DNA of 64,000 nt, taken from IMG/VR virus record IMGVR_UViG_3300032257_000003; one strand, given 5' to 3'. The notes beneath the pieces are model-generated. The model had not been told where the DNA came from. It saw only the letters and a list, made by a program, of their open reading frames with translations, and did not search any database. Source of the stretch: an uncultured virus (IMG/VR IMGVR_UViG_3300032257_000003). Taxonomy: Duplodnaviria; Heunggongvirae; Uroviricota; Caudoviricetes. The position numbers and the translations under genes are program-made. This document shows, piece after piece, positions 47,923 through 57,576 of the stretch. How positions within the stretch are numbered: the stretch's first letter is position 1; every line of letters starts with the position of its first letter.

Positions 47923-48730
47923 AGATATTCCACTAAACGAGAGCGGAGAAGTAATCCCATTAAACGAATTGCAGCATGTTCCCGAGGGTGCACTTCCTGT
48001 AGCACTATCACCTATGCAGCAAATGCAGCAGGCAAAAGAAATGGGAATGAGTGTAGAAGAAATGAAAGATATGCTCGCACTGCAAAAAGAATACGAAGCA
48101 AACGAGGCCCGTAAAGCATTTCATGTTGCTCTATCAGCCTTTAAGAAAGACCCGCCAAAAATATATAAGGATTTAATTAACCTTAAATATGGCTCTGCTT
48201 ATTCATCTATTGGAAATACAGTTAATACCTGTAATGAATCTATGGGGCCGTATGGCCTTAACGCTCGCTGGGATTATCCAGAAGGCAAAGATGCAAATGA
48301 TATTGTTGTTACTTGTATCCTGGCGCACGCACTGGGCCATGAAGAAAAGGTAACACTGCGCGGCAATCCAGATAAAGAGGGTTCTAAAAACCCACTACAG
48401 GAGCGTAAATCAGCACGTACTTACTTGAAGCTTGAAACTTATGAAGCTGTAACAGGTATAGCGAGTATTATTGGCAATGTTGATGATGATGCTAATAGTT
48501 CAGGCAAAGGAAACAGGCCGCCAGCTGAAATTAAGATTATTAATGAAAGTCAGGTTAAGGCAATTGAAGGAAAGCTAAAAGATAATGATCTTGATACAAG
48601 TATCTTTACTGGCTGGATATCTAAAAAGTTCCCATATTGTAAGGGTAGTATTAGTTTGTTGGCAGCAGATCATTACGATTTAACCATTGCTCAACTTGAT
48701 AAATCAATCAAAGCTAAGAAAAAAGCATAA
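47915..48730 (+). CDS. ERF-family single-strand annealing protein
   Basis: VTCILAHALGHEE, KNPLQ..SARTYLK; adjacent exonuclease. Confidence 0.8.
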   Translation: MSKDIPLNESGEVIPLNELQHVPEGALPVALSPMQQMQQAKEMGMSVEEMKDMLALQKEYEANEARKAFHVALSAFKKDPPKIYKDLINLKYGSAYSSIGNTVNTCNESMGPYGLNARWDYPEGKDANDIVVTCILAHALGHEEKVTLRGNPDKEGSKNPLQERKSARTYLKLETYEAVTGIASIIGNVDDDANSSGKGNRPPAEIKIINESQVKAIEGKLKDNDLDTSIFTGWISKKFPYCKGSISLLAADHYDLTIAQLDKSIKAKKKA

Positions 48731-49368
48731 TGATTATCCATGACGTAGAGCAGGGTACCGAGCCATGGCATACATTACGTGCCGGTATCCCTACTGCCAG
48801 CGAATTCAGTAAGCTGATAACCAGTAAAGGTGCTGAGTCATCCAGTTTATTGCCATACGCTAGAAGGTTGGCAGCTGATAAATGGTATGGCGTTTGCGTT
48901 GATGGGTTTTCAGGTAATAAGTTTACTAAAAGGGGGAGCGAGGTAGAGGACGAAGCTTGTGCTGATTATGAAATGAGGCACCAAGTAGCAGTAAAGCACG
49001 TTGGTTTAATTACTAACAATATTATGACTCAAGGATGTAGTCCAGACGGTTTAATCGAGGAAGACCCAGAAGGTAAGGGCGGTTTAGAGATTAAATGCAA
49101 AATTGCAGAACATCATCTTGAAGCGTGCGAGCATGTTTATAACACAGGCACAGCACCCATAGAATATGTAGCGCAGCCACAAGGTTGCATGTTGATTACT
49201 GGTCGTAAGTGGTGGGATTTAAAGTTTTATCACCCTAACTTGCCGGGCATTGAATTGCGCATGTATCCAGATAAAGATTTTCACAAGGTATTACGCAAAC
49301 AGCTAAAGACAGTTATTCGTGAGCGTGACGAATACATTAAATTTATTAAAATATTAGAGGAACTATAA
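48730..49368 (+). CDS. YqaJ / lambda-exonuclease family
   Basis: EQGTEPWHTLRAGIPTAS, CSPDGL, LEIKC, YVAQPQG. Confidence 0.9.
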   Translation: MIIHDVEQGTEPWHTLRAGIPTASEFSKLITSKGAESSSLLPYARRLAADKWYGVCVDGFSGNKFTKRGSEVEDEACADYEMRHQVAVKHVGLITNNIMTQGCSPDGLIEEDPEGKGGLEIKCKIAEHHLEACEHVYNTGTAPIEYVAQPQGCMLITGRKWWDLKFYHPNLPGIELRMYPDKDFHKVLRKQLKTVIRERDEYIKFIKILEEL

Positions 49369-49369
49369 A

Positions 49370-50473
49370 ATGGCACAGACAGCAACAGCAGTACCAGCAA
49401 CACAAGCAACCGGAATGGTTCCAGTAAAATATGGCGTATCTAAAGCCGCATTAACGAAGTTTAAAAAGAAATACGCCAAGGTACCGGATGCCACTACACC
49501 AGAAGGATATCAGGCTATTTTGGATTTTAAAAAAGTAGCAGTACCTTTGCGTACTGGTATTGAAAGAGAGCGTGTAATTCAAGCAGCAGCAGCCAATGCC
49601 CACTTAAAAGAGGTGAATGGTCAGGCGCGTAAGCTTCGTGAAGGTATCGAGGCCGTTGAAGCTTTATGGTACGCGGCACGCAAAGCGGTTGATGATGCAG
49701 AAGCGAAACGCAAGCAGGAAGAGCAAGATAGAATTGATGCCCGAGAAGCCGAGATTGAAAGCAAGATTGGCACAATGCAGACCATGACAGAGGGCTTACT
49801 GGGTGCCAGCGTTGAAACTTTGCAGGCCCGTTTAGATATGGCTAACAACATAATCATCGATGAGAAAGGTTACGATGAGCATGTTGAAGCAGCCAATAGC
49901 GTTCTTAAAACAACGATTAGCCAGCTTGAAAGTGCAGTGGTTCAGGCTAAACAGCTTGAAGAAAGCCAGTTAGAACTGAAAACACAGCAGGAGGCTAACG
50001 ATAAGCAGAAGCGTGAAAACGATCTGAAAGCCAGTGTTCAGCGTATTCAGATGATACCGGTTGATTTAATTGGTGAGCCAGTAGCGAGTATAAATGCTGC
50101 AATTGAAAAACTGGAAGGCATTGATTCAAGTGTTTATGGTGATCTTTCAGAAGAAGCAGAGGCGGCAATAGTTGGCTCCAAAGGCAAGCTTAAAGCCATG
50201 GCTGAACAGCAGGGAACACTTGATGCTCAGAACGAAGAGAAGGCAGAGCGTGAACGTCAGGAACAATTGGAGCTAGATCAGGCAAAGCGAGCTGATGAAT
50301 TAAAAGCCCGTTTACCTGAAGACATTCAACTGCGTGGATTTGCTCTTGCATTAACTGAGGTCCCATTACCAAACATCACAGACCCTCAGTTATTGGCTTT
50401 ATTACGTGATGCGATAGTGGCTGTATCTGATATTGTTACAACAATTAATGAAAACACTCAGGATACTGAGTAA
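49370..50473 (+). CDS. Coiled-coil hypothetical protein
   Basis: Long helical ORF after exonuclease. Confidence 0.65.
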   Translation: MAQTATAVPATQATGMVPVKYGVSKAALTKFKKKYAKVPDATTPEGYQAILDFKKVAVPLRTGIERERVIQAAAANAHLKEVNGQARKLREGIEAVEALWYAARKAVDDAEAKRKQEEQDRIDAREAEIESKIGTMQTMTEGLLGASVETLQARLDMANNIIIDEKGYDEHVEAANSVLKTTISQLESAVVQAKQLEESQLELKTQQEANDKQKRENDLKASVQRIQMIPVDLIGEPVASINAAIEKLEGIDSSVYGDLSEEAEAAIVGSKGKLKAMAEQQGTLDAQNEEKAERERQEQLELDQAKRADELKARLPEDIQLRGFALALTEVPLPNITDPQLLALLRDAIVAVSDIVTTINENTQDTE

Positions 50474-50552
50474 CTAATTTCAGCAGGTTTATTTAAACCG
50501 CCCCAGCAATCAATGGGTTGATGCCGCTGGGTTCTAATTTGAGGAAAGATGA

Positions 50553-50717
50553 ATGTTAGTGATAACAAGAAAGCCCGGACAATCCTTTAATATTGGTAAA
50601 GATATCACGGTAACAGTGATAGACCTTCGTCCAGGGCAGGTAAGTATAGGTATTGATGCACCGAAAGATGTATCGATTAAGCGCGATAACATGAAGCAAA
50701 CAAAAGGCAGTAAATAA
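50553..50717 (+). CDS. csrA: CsrA/RsmA-family RNA-binding regulator (54 aa, absent from ORF track)
   Basis: Translated by hand: [46 protein letters not shown]; Arg44 retained; GAGGA RBS. Confidence 0.9.
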   Translation: MLVITRKPGQSFNIGKDITVTVIDLRPGQVSIGIDAPKDVSIKRDNMKQTKGSK

Positions 50718-50719
50718 TA

Positions 50720-51172
50720 ATGGCACGCGGAATAAATAAAGTAATTTTAGTGGGTACTTGTGGAAAGGACCCGGAAACACGTTACATGCCATCAGGTGGT
50801 GCGGTTACATCTGTTAGTCTTGCAACTAATGAAAGTTGGAAAGATAAGAAAACTGGCGAAAAGCAGGAGCGTACAGAGTGGCATAACATCACTTTCTTTA
50901 ATCGTTTGGGTGAAATTGCGGGGGAATACCTTACAAAAGGCGCTCAGGTGTATATTGAAGGAAGTTTGCGTACTGAGAAATGGCAGGATAAACAGGGTAA
51001 TGATCGTTACACCACCAAGATCATTGCTAATGAAATGCAAATGCTTGGTGGGCGTGCCGCTGGTGGTCCATCTCACCCAGCAGGACAACAGCAGAGCCAG
51101 CCACAGCCAGCCAATGAGCCATCACCAACAGCGCCAATAGATGATAGTTTTGATGATGATATTCCTTTCTGA
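50720..51172 (+). CDS. ssb: Single-stranded DNA-binding protein
   Basis: [17 protein letters not shown]-terminal DDDIPF. Confidence 0.97.
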   Translation: MARGINKVILVGTCGKDPETRYMPSGGAVTSVSLATNESWKDKKTGEKQERTEWHNITFFNRLGEIAGEYLTKGAQVYIEGSLRTEKWQDKQGNDRYTTKIIANEMQMLGGRAAGGPSHPAGQQQSQPQPANEPSPTAPIDDSFDDDIPF

Positions 51173-51213
51173 CCGGGAACATAGAGTTTTGTAAAGAAAA
51201 TAAGGAGTGTATA

Positions 51214-51498
51214 ATGGGCAATAAGTTTGATGATATGCGTGAAGCTAGATCAACCATGAATGCTGCTGATGATACTAGAGCTTGGGTTATGCCAGCGATA
51301 GGTGAGGGTTACGCTGTAGAGGATGACCCAGCCGGTAGACTTCGTTTCTTCATAGGCGAAGAGCTTGAAATTGTATGGCGCAAGGGCATCTGGGTAGCAC
51401 ATAGCTGTGACGAGGTAGAAGATCGTGTGTACAGTAGCTTAAAAGATGCTATCCCTTTTGAATCATGGTTGCTTGAAAATGATAACGTGTGTCTTTGA
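51214..51498 (+). CDS. Hypothetical protein
   Basis: AAGGAG RBS. Confidence 0.55.
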   Translation: MGNKFDDMREARSTMNAADDTRAWVMPAIGEGYAVEDDPAGRLRFFIGEELEIVWRKGIWVAHSCDEVEDRVYSSLKDAIPFESWLLENDNVCL

Positions 51499-51788
51499 CA
51501 CTGCCGCCACATAGGGTATTATTACGCATGGCTGATATTTTACCAAAAGGAACCCAGATCAAGTGCCCGCGTAAACGGCACCTTATTGGGGTTTTAAATA
51601 AAGACCATCGTCCAGGCGATATTTTAGCAATCAATATTATTGATTTTGAAGAGAGCCAGCATCGTATAATTGGCGAACAAGCCAAGTGTAAGGTGTGTGA
51701 TAGTCAATATTTAGTAGACGGTAATTTATATACCAGCGCAGGCTGGAAACCATTTAACCCAAAATTAGAGCCAGTGGCTCACCGATAA
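51489..51788 (+). CDS. Hypothetical Zn-ribbon-like protein
   Basis: CPRKRH...CKVC. Confidence 0.5.
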   Translation: MSLTLPPHRVLLRMADILPKGTQIKCPRKRHLIGVLNKDHRPGDILAINIIDFEESQHRIIGEQAKCKVCDSQYLVDGNLYTSAGWKPFNPKLEPVAHR

Positions 51789-51800
51789 AGGTAGATTATT

Positions 51801-52010
51801 ATGTCATTTTCAATTAAACAGCATTTCAAGTTTTTCGCAGTACAAGAACAAACCGAATTAAACCGTGGGTTTAAAGCTCTCCAGGCTGATTTAGATGCAC
51901 ATCGAGCAGCTCTTGTTGCTCTTACAGCAAAACTAGATGCAGATGTTGGTATAACCGATACCGATTATGCCGCAACGGTTGACCCTGTACCCAATACTGT
52001 AATTGACTAA
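51801..52010 (+). CDS. Small protein resembling head-associated proteins
   Basis: LTAKLDADVGITDTDYA motif. Confidence 0.5.
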   Translation: MSFSIKQHFKFFAVQEQTELNRGFKALQADLDAHRAALVALTAKLDADVGITDTDYAATVDPVPNTVID

Positions 52011-52516
52011 TGGACGAGTCTACAGAAGATAACGTTTATCATTCCAGCGATGAAGACCTGCATTCAATGATGCAGCGTCTTTTCGATGAAGGGAATGAAT
52101 CTATTGAGGTCCAGCACCCAGACGGTGTAAGGATTATCACCCGCAAGCAATTCGCAGACATGAAAGCCCAGCTGGAAAAGAACAAAAAAGCCAGCCCTGC
52201 CAAACGATTTAAAATGCGAAAACAAATTGATCGCTTAATTACTCAAAAGCAAATCAGACATAGAACAGCTATGATTACAGCAGAGGTACACGTCATCGAT
52301 GTTGAGAATGGCAAGTTTGGGTGTGATATCGATGGTAATGATCTTGGTGTTGATGGAATGGTATTTACACCAACAGATAGTTATCTTGATGGCGTTGAGT
52401 TAGTTGAGCATGAAGTAGGTTGTTTTATTGATGAGGATGGCAATAAAGCACCGATAAGAGTCAAGCACGCCAATGTGCAACTACCAGTGGGCGGTGTAGA
52501 TAACACCCACAAGTAA
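52010..52516 (+). CDS. Hypothetical protein
   Basis: TAATG coupling. Confidence 0.55.
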   Translation: MDESTEDNVYHSSDEDLHSMMQRLFDEGNESIEVQHPDGVRIITRKQFADMKAQLEKNKKASPAKRFKMRKQIDRLITQKQIRHRTAMITAEVHVIDVENGKFGCDIDGNDLGVDGMVFTPTDSYLDGVELVEHEVGCFIDEDGNKAPIRVKHANVQLPVGGVDNTHK

Positions 52517-52653
52517 GCCGGTGGCCTTTATTGGTTCTCCTTGCCAGCGTGTCATAGCGCTGTAATCGGTGATTACTCGAATAGGTGCCAGCGTAAATGG
52601 CGCATCCTAATTTTAAACTATGCCCCCTTTCTAAAGGCGGCAAGGAAAAGATA

Positions 52654-53097
52654 ATGATAATACTAAAAAGCGATTATTCGCCAGAATCAGCACAATCTCT
52701 CCAAGAAATCGACAATATCAAAATGTTGAAAGCACTGTTATTACTGGCAGGCTTACCACAAGATGAGCTCGATAAATTCAATGATCTATCTACCCAAGCC
52801 GCTATTGATTACGAAAAAGCATTAGGCGAGATGGTAGATGGCAAGCATACCGACGAGCAATGGGCTGCAGCTAAAGAAGCTGCACGTGTTCCAATGGGCC
52901 ATGCAGATCAAATCCTATGTGATAACTTAATTAGCATTGAAAACACCATGATTAAATCAAATCAAGATGGTTTCTACTCCCACATTCAAACCACGGTATA
53001 CAAAAGCGGTGAGGAAGTGGCCCGCATTGAGCGCCCGGTTATTGATATCGAAGCAGAAAGCTACGAAGACAATAGCATGGGGCTTAGTCGTGATTAG
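52654..53097 (+). CDS. Hypothetical protein
   Basis: AAGGA RBS before ATG 52654, in frame with track ORF. Confidence 0.55.
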   Translation: MIILKSDYSPESAQSLQEIDNIKMLKALLLLAGLPQDELDKFNDLSTQAAIDYEKALGEMVDGKHTDEQWAAAKEAARVPMGHADQILCDNLISIENTMIKSNQDGFYSHIQTTVYKSGEEVARIERPVIDIEAESYEDNSMGLSRD

Positions 53098-53524
53098 TAT
53101 CATAGTGACTGACCCAAAAACTTTGGAAGAGCCCTGCCAGCCTATTGATGACATGGAGCTCGCAGGGAAAATAATCACTGACTTGATTGATACAGCTAGA
53201 TACTGGCAAACATGCCCAATAGGTTGCCTTGGTCTATCAGCTAATCAGATCGGTTACCCGTATAACGTGTTTGTCATGTGGCATTGTGGCAACTGGCAGG
53301 CAATGATTAACCCTGAAGTGGTATGGGAAAGCCCTGAGATCATGAAAAAGGGTGAAGGCTGTTTATCTTTTCCAAAGATCAAGCGCAAAATGACCCGGTT
53401 TAAGAAGATCACGGTAAGATTTTCTGCACTACGCAAGAAGGACCCGCTTGAAATTCGATACACGGGAATGACAGCACGTATCATTCAGCATGAAATGGAC
53501 CATTTAGCGGGTAAGCACATATGA
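53090..53524 (+). CDS. def: Peptide deformylase
   Basis: GLSANQIG, EGCLS, QHEMDHL; probable GTG start at 53090. Confidence 0.92.
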   Translation: MISIIVTDPKTLEEPCQPIDDMELAGKIITDLIDTARYWQTCPIGCLGLSANQIGYPYNVFVMWHCGNWQAMINPEVVWESPEIMKKGEGCLSFPKIKRKMTRFKKITVRFSALRKKDPLEIRYTGMTARIIQHEMDHLAGKHI

Positions 53525-53733
53525 GTTGGGATGATGATAAAAAGCATAATGAGATAATCGCAGCTTTAGAAAGCATCGAGGCGAATCAGCCATCATTAAG
53601 AGATCGGTTCGCAATGGCTGCAATGAATGGATTATTGTCTGCTAATAAATCATTTTCATTTTCAACAGTCACAAGCCAAGCATATAAAATAGCCGATGAT
53701 ATGCTGAAATCACGGGAGAAAACTAATGAATAA
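53521..53733 (+). CDS. Conserved small phage protein
   Basis: SLRDRFAMAAMNGLL..AYKIADDMLK.R motif. Confidence 0.7.
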   Translation: MSWDDDKKHNEIIAALESIEANQPSLRDRFAMAAMNGLLSANKSFSFSTVTSQAYKIADDMLKSREKTNE

Positions 53734-54043
53734 CACACGCATACCAGTTTATTCAGAACAGGAACACGAGATAGATATCGAAGAAGAAACGATAGAGGAT
53801 GCTGATATCTCCCCGCATACTAAGGTGGTTGAGATAGAGCCTTTACGAAACAGCGATATGTTTTTGCGTGGCGACGATGACTAAAATAGCGCATATCAAA
53901 CCTAAAGTAAGGTCCAGAGTATGCCCGTATTGTGGCTGGGAGGTATCGCAGGTTGGTATCGTGCATACCCCAGGAGACCCAGATTGCCCGAGGTGCGCTA
54001 AATACAAATACAGTCAGTTCGTGCCAATGAAGGAAGTGAAGTC

Positions 54044-54568
54044 ATGACCGATGCAATTAATAAAGCTTTAGAGGATTGGTTAAAAATAGCGGAAGAGTAT
54101 ATAAAACGGCCTAATTGGCAGGTAGTGTGTGATATCAAAAACCAGCCATTTTTCGGCAGGGAAAAGAACCCTGTTATGGTTAAGTTTCGCAGTCCGGTGC
54201 CGTTTGTTGCGAACATACCCAAAAAAGAAGGCGAGAAGATTGCCGTTATTAAACCACATAAGATACTCTGGTGTGATGTTCCAAGCCATATACAAGAAGA
54301 ATATGAGAGCTGTATGTGTTCGAGGGATAGTGAAGAATATAAAAAGCAGATGTTAGGTGAGTTCGCACCAGACCAGCGAGCGATTGATCTACATGATCGT
54401 TTACAAAAGTATTATGACGATACACCAGACTGTATGAACAATGCGAAAGCCAGGCCAATATGGAAAGAGTTTGTTCGCTGGTGCGGTGAGCATGAATATA
54501 CTCAAGAAGATATAAATACAGCCAAGCGACTCAATAAGTTTGAAATGAACCGGACTACAAACAAATGA
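54044..54568 (+). CDS. Hypothetical protein
   Basis: ORF with AAGGA RBS. Confidence 0.5.
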   Translation: MTDAINKALEDWLKIAEEYIKRPNWQVVCDIKNQPFFGREKNPVMVKFRSPVPFVANIPKKEGEKIAVIKPHKILWCDVPSHIQEEYESCMCSRDSEEYKKQMLGEFAPDQRAIDLHDRLQKYYDDTPDCMNNAKARPIWKEFVRWCGEHEYTQEDINTAKRLNKFEMNRTTNK

Positions 54569-54611
54569 TTAGTTACTTAATTCACGCAATAAAGCTAAAA
54601 GAGAAGTAGCA

Positions 54612-55622
54612 ATGACGCCAGATCAAGACGAGCTATACCAAGACGCAGTTGATGCTGTTCGAGGGTATGACAAAGCAACGATATCATTTCTACAGCGTGA
54701 GCTTAAAGTGGGGTATAATCGTGCAGCCCGTTTAATGACTACACTGGAAGAAAATAAAGTAGTAACACCATTCGCCCTGGATGGAACTAGACAGGTAATT
54801 TATGATGATGTGCCAGCGCCAAACGAATGGGTAGAGATAGACCCAAAAACATCAACTAAAGATATGGTTGCAATGGGTAAGGGTGAGAAGCCAATCAAGC
54901 CTAAAAAGAAGCCGCAAAAAAAACCAGCCAAAAAGCCCACACAGCAAGCTATCAAAAAGCAGAAAGCATCACCCAAAAAAAAAGCAGCTGTTAAACAATC
55001 CCCCAAGAAGAAACAAACAACCAAAGTTACCGAAGAATCAAAAAAAGAACTAGCCAAAAAAAACAGAGCTAAGGCAAAACTAAAGAAATTGGGACCCATC
55101 CCAAAGTACCATATTAATCACGGTGAATGGGATAAGCTTGAAGTCATGGAAGCGATCTGCAATGACCTAATCAAAACCAGCTATGGATTGAATTACATAT
55201 GCCGGCACAATGATGAGTATCCCAGCCAAGCAAGCGTGTTTGGTTGGTTCAATCGGGAGGACCAGAGCGGTGGCGACAAACCCCTTTTAGATATGTACGC
55301 ACGCGCGAAGCGATTACAGGCTGATTATGTTGTCGATGAGATGCACGAGATTGCAGATGATGGCACCAATGATTATATGGAAAAAATAGGCAAGGACGGT
55401 GAGACATATGAAGTTGTTAACCAGGAAGCAATTAACCGGTCCAGATTACGCATAGACACCCGCAAATGGACCTCATCTAAACTAAACAATCGTAAGTATG
55501 GCGATAAGCTTGAATTGGCTGGAAGTGAAGAAAGACCACTTTCTAAGCTATCAGATGAAGAACTGAGTGCCAAAATAGCCGCTTTACTTGAATCTATTAA
55601 AGGAATCCAAGGTAATGAGTGA
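54612..55622 (+). CDS. terS: Terminase small subunit fused to an N-terminal FtsK gamma-like winged helix via a Lys-rich linker
   Basis: DELYQDAV..ATISFLQRELKVGYNRAARLM..LE; C-terminal YARAK..QAD...EIADD...RLRIDTRKW..SKL..RKYGDK. Confidence 0.85.
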   Translation: MTPDQDELYQDAVDAVRGYDKATISFLQRELKVGYNRAARLMTTLEENKVVTPFALDGTRQVIYDDVPAPNEWVEIDPKTSTKDMVAMGKGEKPIKPKKKPQKKPAKKPTQQAIKKQKASPKKKAAVKQSPKKKQTTKVTEESKKELAKKNRAKAKLKKLGPIPKYHINHGEWDKLEVMEAICNDLIKTSYGLNYICRHNDEYPSQASVFGWFNREDQSGGDKPLLDMYARAKRLQADYVVDEMHEIADDGTNDYMEKIGKDGETYEVVNQEAINRSRLRIDTRKWTSSKLNNRKYGDKLELAGSEERPLSKLSDEELSAKIAALLESIKGIQGNE

Positions 55623-55657
55623 AGTAATTAAAAAAAATGAGTGAAGTAATTAAAAAA
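55614..55657 (+). repeat. Tandem duplication of AATGAGTGAAGTAATTAAAAAA
   Basis: Two adjacent copies at the terS stop. Confidence 0.8.
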
Positions 55658-55685
55658 TTAGTCAATAAACCAGCAGGAGAGATAA

Positions 55686-55883
55686 ATGAGCGAAACATAC
55701 GAAGACCAGATGAAAGACTCTGATATGGTGTTTAATCAGATAACATCAGCAAATTACGATAATCATAAAGATGCCGAGCGTGCCATTGTTATGCTTTATG
55801 TTCCTGATATGTCAATTAGCCGTGCTGGTATTAGCCATGCACTAAAGCGCATTGAAAATCATTTTGGGAATAAAGCGGTATGA
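55686..55883 (+). CDS. Hypothetical protein
   Basis: AGGAG RBS. Confidence 0.55.
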   Translation: MSETYEDQMKDSDMVFNQITSANYDNHKDAERAIVMLYVPDMSISRAGISHALKRIENHFGNKAV

Positions 55884-56077
55884 GTGAAAAAGCCCAACTA
55901 CTGGCCATGCAATTAATGCTGAAAGGCGCTATGAGTGACATTACCCAGAAAGAGCAGGACCGTATTAATAACCAGATCGAGCGAATTAACGATATTCTCA
56001 ATGAAGACAAAGAGATTGCACCCTTAGTTATGGGGCTGGTTAGTTGTGACCTTGGCCTGGAGCTGGAGAATGACTAA
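55880..56077 (+). CDS. Hypothetical protein
   Basis: ATGA coupling. Confidence 0.55.
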   Translation: MSEKAQLLAMQLMLKGAMSDITQKEQDRINNQIERINDILNEDKEIAPLVMGLVSCDLGLELEND

Positions 56078-56352
56078 TGAATAACATGACAGATGAAGAA
56101 GCGAAGGAATTTAAAGCCAGTGTTGTAGCTGAGGTCAATTCTCAAAATCAAGCTGCTTACAATAAAACTGTAAAAGCGTACGACAAACACAGCGCAGACA
56201 TAGAAAGAATCTTATCAAAAATCGTGCCTGATATTATTGAAAGGATGGCAACTAAGCCTAATTACTGGTTCCCTATATTACTCAATGTGATAAACGGGGT
56301 GATACTTGGAGTTGCTATGTATATTGCAATTATTTTTGGTATTGAGGGGTGA
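56077..56352 (+). CDS. Hypothetical membrane-anchored protein
   Basis: C-terminal TM segment. Confidence 0.55.
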   Translation: MNNMTDEEAKEFKASVVAEVNSQNQAAYNKTVKAYDKHSADIERILSKIVPDIIERMATKPNYWFPILLNVINGVILGVAMYIAIIFGIEG

Positions 56353-56355
56353 GGT

Positions 56356-56634
56356 ATGTTAAATAAAAAAGCAATAAGGAAACTTGTTTTAGAAGGCCGC
56401 AGTGACGAGGTAAGAGATTTGCTTTTGTGTGATTCACAAATAGTTATTATTCAGAACATAAAGCAATCTGGAATAATTACAGCAGCTCAATTAGCTGATG
56501 ATTTATGTATTAGTGTACAAAGCGCCTCATCGAGGCTTACTAAATTATCAAAGTCTGGGTATTTAACACGCAAATCAAGAACCGCTGAGAGTGGTGGTAT
56601 TGAGTTTATTTACTGGTACGGGGCGGAGATATGA
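56356..56634 (+). CDS. Winged-helix (MarR-like) DNA-binding protein
   Basis: ITAAQLADDLCISVQSASSRLTKLSKSGYLTR. Confidence 0.75.
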   Translation: MLNKKAIRKLVLEGRSDEVRDLLLCDSQIVIIQNIKQSGIITAAQLADDLCISVQSASSRLTKLSKSGYLTRKSRTAESGGIEFIYWYGAEI

Positions 56635-56852
56635 AAAGACATAGCGCATGGGGCCATGACGGTTCATTTAGGTTTAAGTGGCAAGCCAAGTTATGGGTTA
56701 TTAAACAAGCTATTCGTGATTACTTTATGTTACCAGTTAAAACCTGCAAAACCTGCGGCTACAGAAACAAGCTTAACTCTCACTGTACATTAAACCAGTT
56801 AAGTAAAAAGGTTGATGATGGTTTTAGCTGTAGTGAATATAAGGAGAGATAG
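56631..56852 (+). CDS. Cys-rich hypothetical protein
   Basis: CKTC..C..C pattern; coupled. Confidence 0.5.
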   Translation: MKRHSAWGHDGSFRFKWQAKLWVIKQAIRDYFMLPVKTCKTCGYRNKLNSHCTLNQLSKKVDDGFSCSEYKER

Positions 56853-57119
56853 ATGGCTTGCAAATGTATAAATATGTGCGGTTATGGTGACGATAGCTGG
56901 GGCAAGCATCACCATGTTAAATGCGAAAAGTATGAAACAGAAAAGCACTCATACTTGTTCTACTACGAGGATGCTTTAAGTGCATGGATACCGGCTCCTG
57001 ACAAAATAGAAAATATATGTTCAGCCGTGGACAATCTTGAACCCGATGAAGAAATAGAGATAAAGTTTCGTCGTGTGGATATGACTGATAAGCAACTAAA
57101 TGATCTTTCTGATGAGTAA
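56853..57119 (+). CDS. Hypothetical protein
   Basis: AAGGAG RBS. Confidence 0.55.
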   Translation: MACKCINMCGYGDDSWGKHHHVKCEKYETEKHSYLFYYEDALSAWIPAPDKIENICSAVDNLEPDEEIEIKFRRVDMTDKQLNDLSDE

Positions 57120-57152
57120 ATCGAAAAGTAAAGAGTTCGTCAAGGGGTACAT

Positions 57153-57490
57153 ATCCGCTGTGCTGGAGGGCAGATGCTTGAAATCCATAAAGACAGATTA
57201 CGGATTCGGGTCAAGAGGGCTTGGGTTGTATGTGTGGCGGAGAGACAAAATTCTTTGCTTTATACCAGATGAAGATGAAGATATAAAGGGCGGAACAATG
57301 ACCGATATTTCAGAATATGGTGATACGTAATGGCGTAAGGAACGGTAAAACATGCCTAGCCTGTTGGTGGGCCTGCTGATCTGATAAATACTTAGATGTT
57401 CATCCTAGACCATCTAGTGAATTTGCTTCTTTTTACTCAAATGAAGAACGTAAGTTAAAGACCTCAACATATAACAACGGAGAGTGAAGT
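57153..57490 (+). repeat. Direct repeat copy 2, carrying a frameshift and a TGG>TGA change relative to copy 1
   Basis: Direct comparison with 1-337. Confidence 0.95.
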
Positions 57491-57576
57491 TAATAGTATT
57501 ACTATTCGACATAAAAAAATCACTATATCGAAAACCACATTTAAAATTGACATTAAATTATTAACTGGGCTAACAA

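Larger units (their letters stand above)
1..57152. mobile_element. Podovirus-like phage genome, apparently complete unit length (~57.15 kb)
   Basis: TerS, TerL, portal, capsid, tail, ejection, lysis and recombination genes present; sequence 1-337 recurs from 57153. Confidence 0.9.

Noticed and set aside
52517..52610. tRNA gene
   Set aside because: TCGAAT present but no proper T-arm, acceptor stem or cloverleaf
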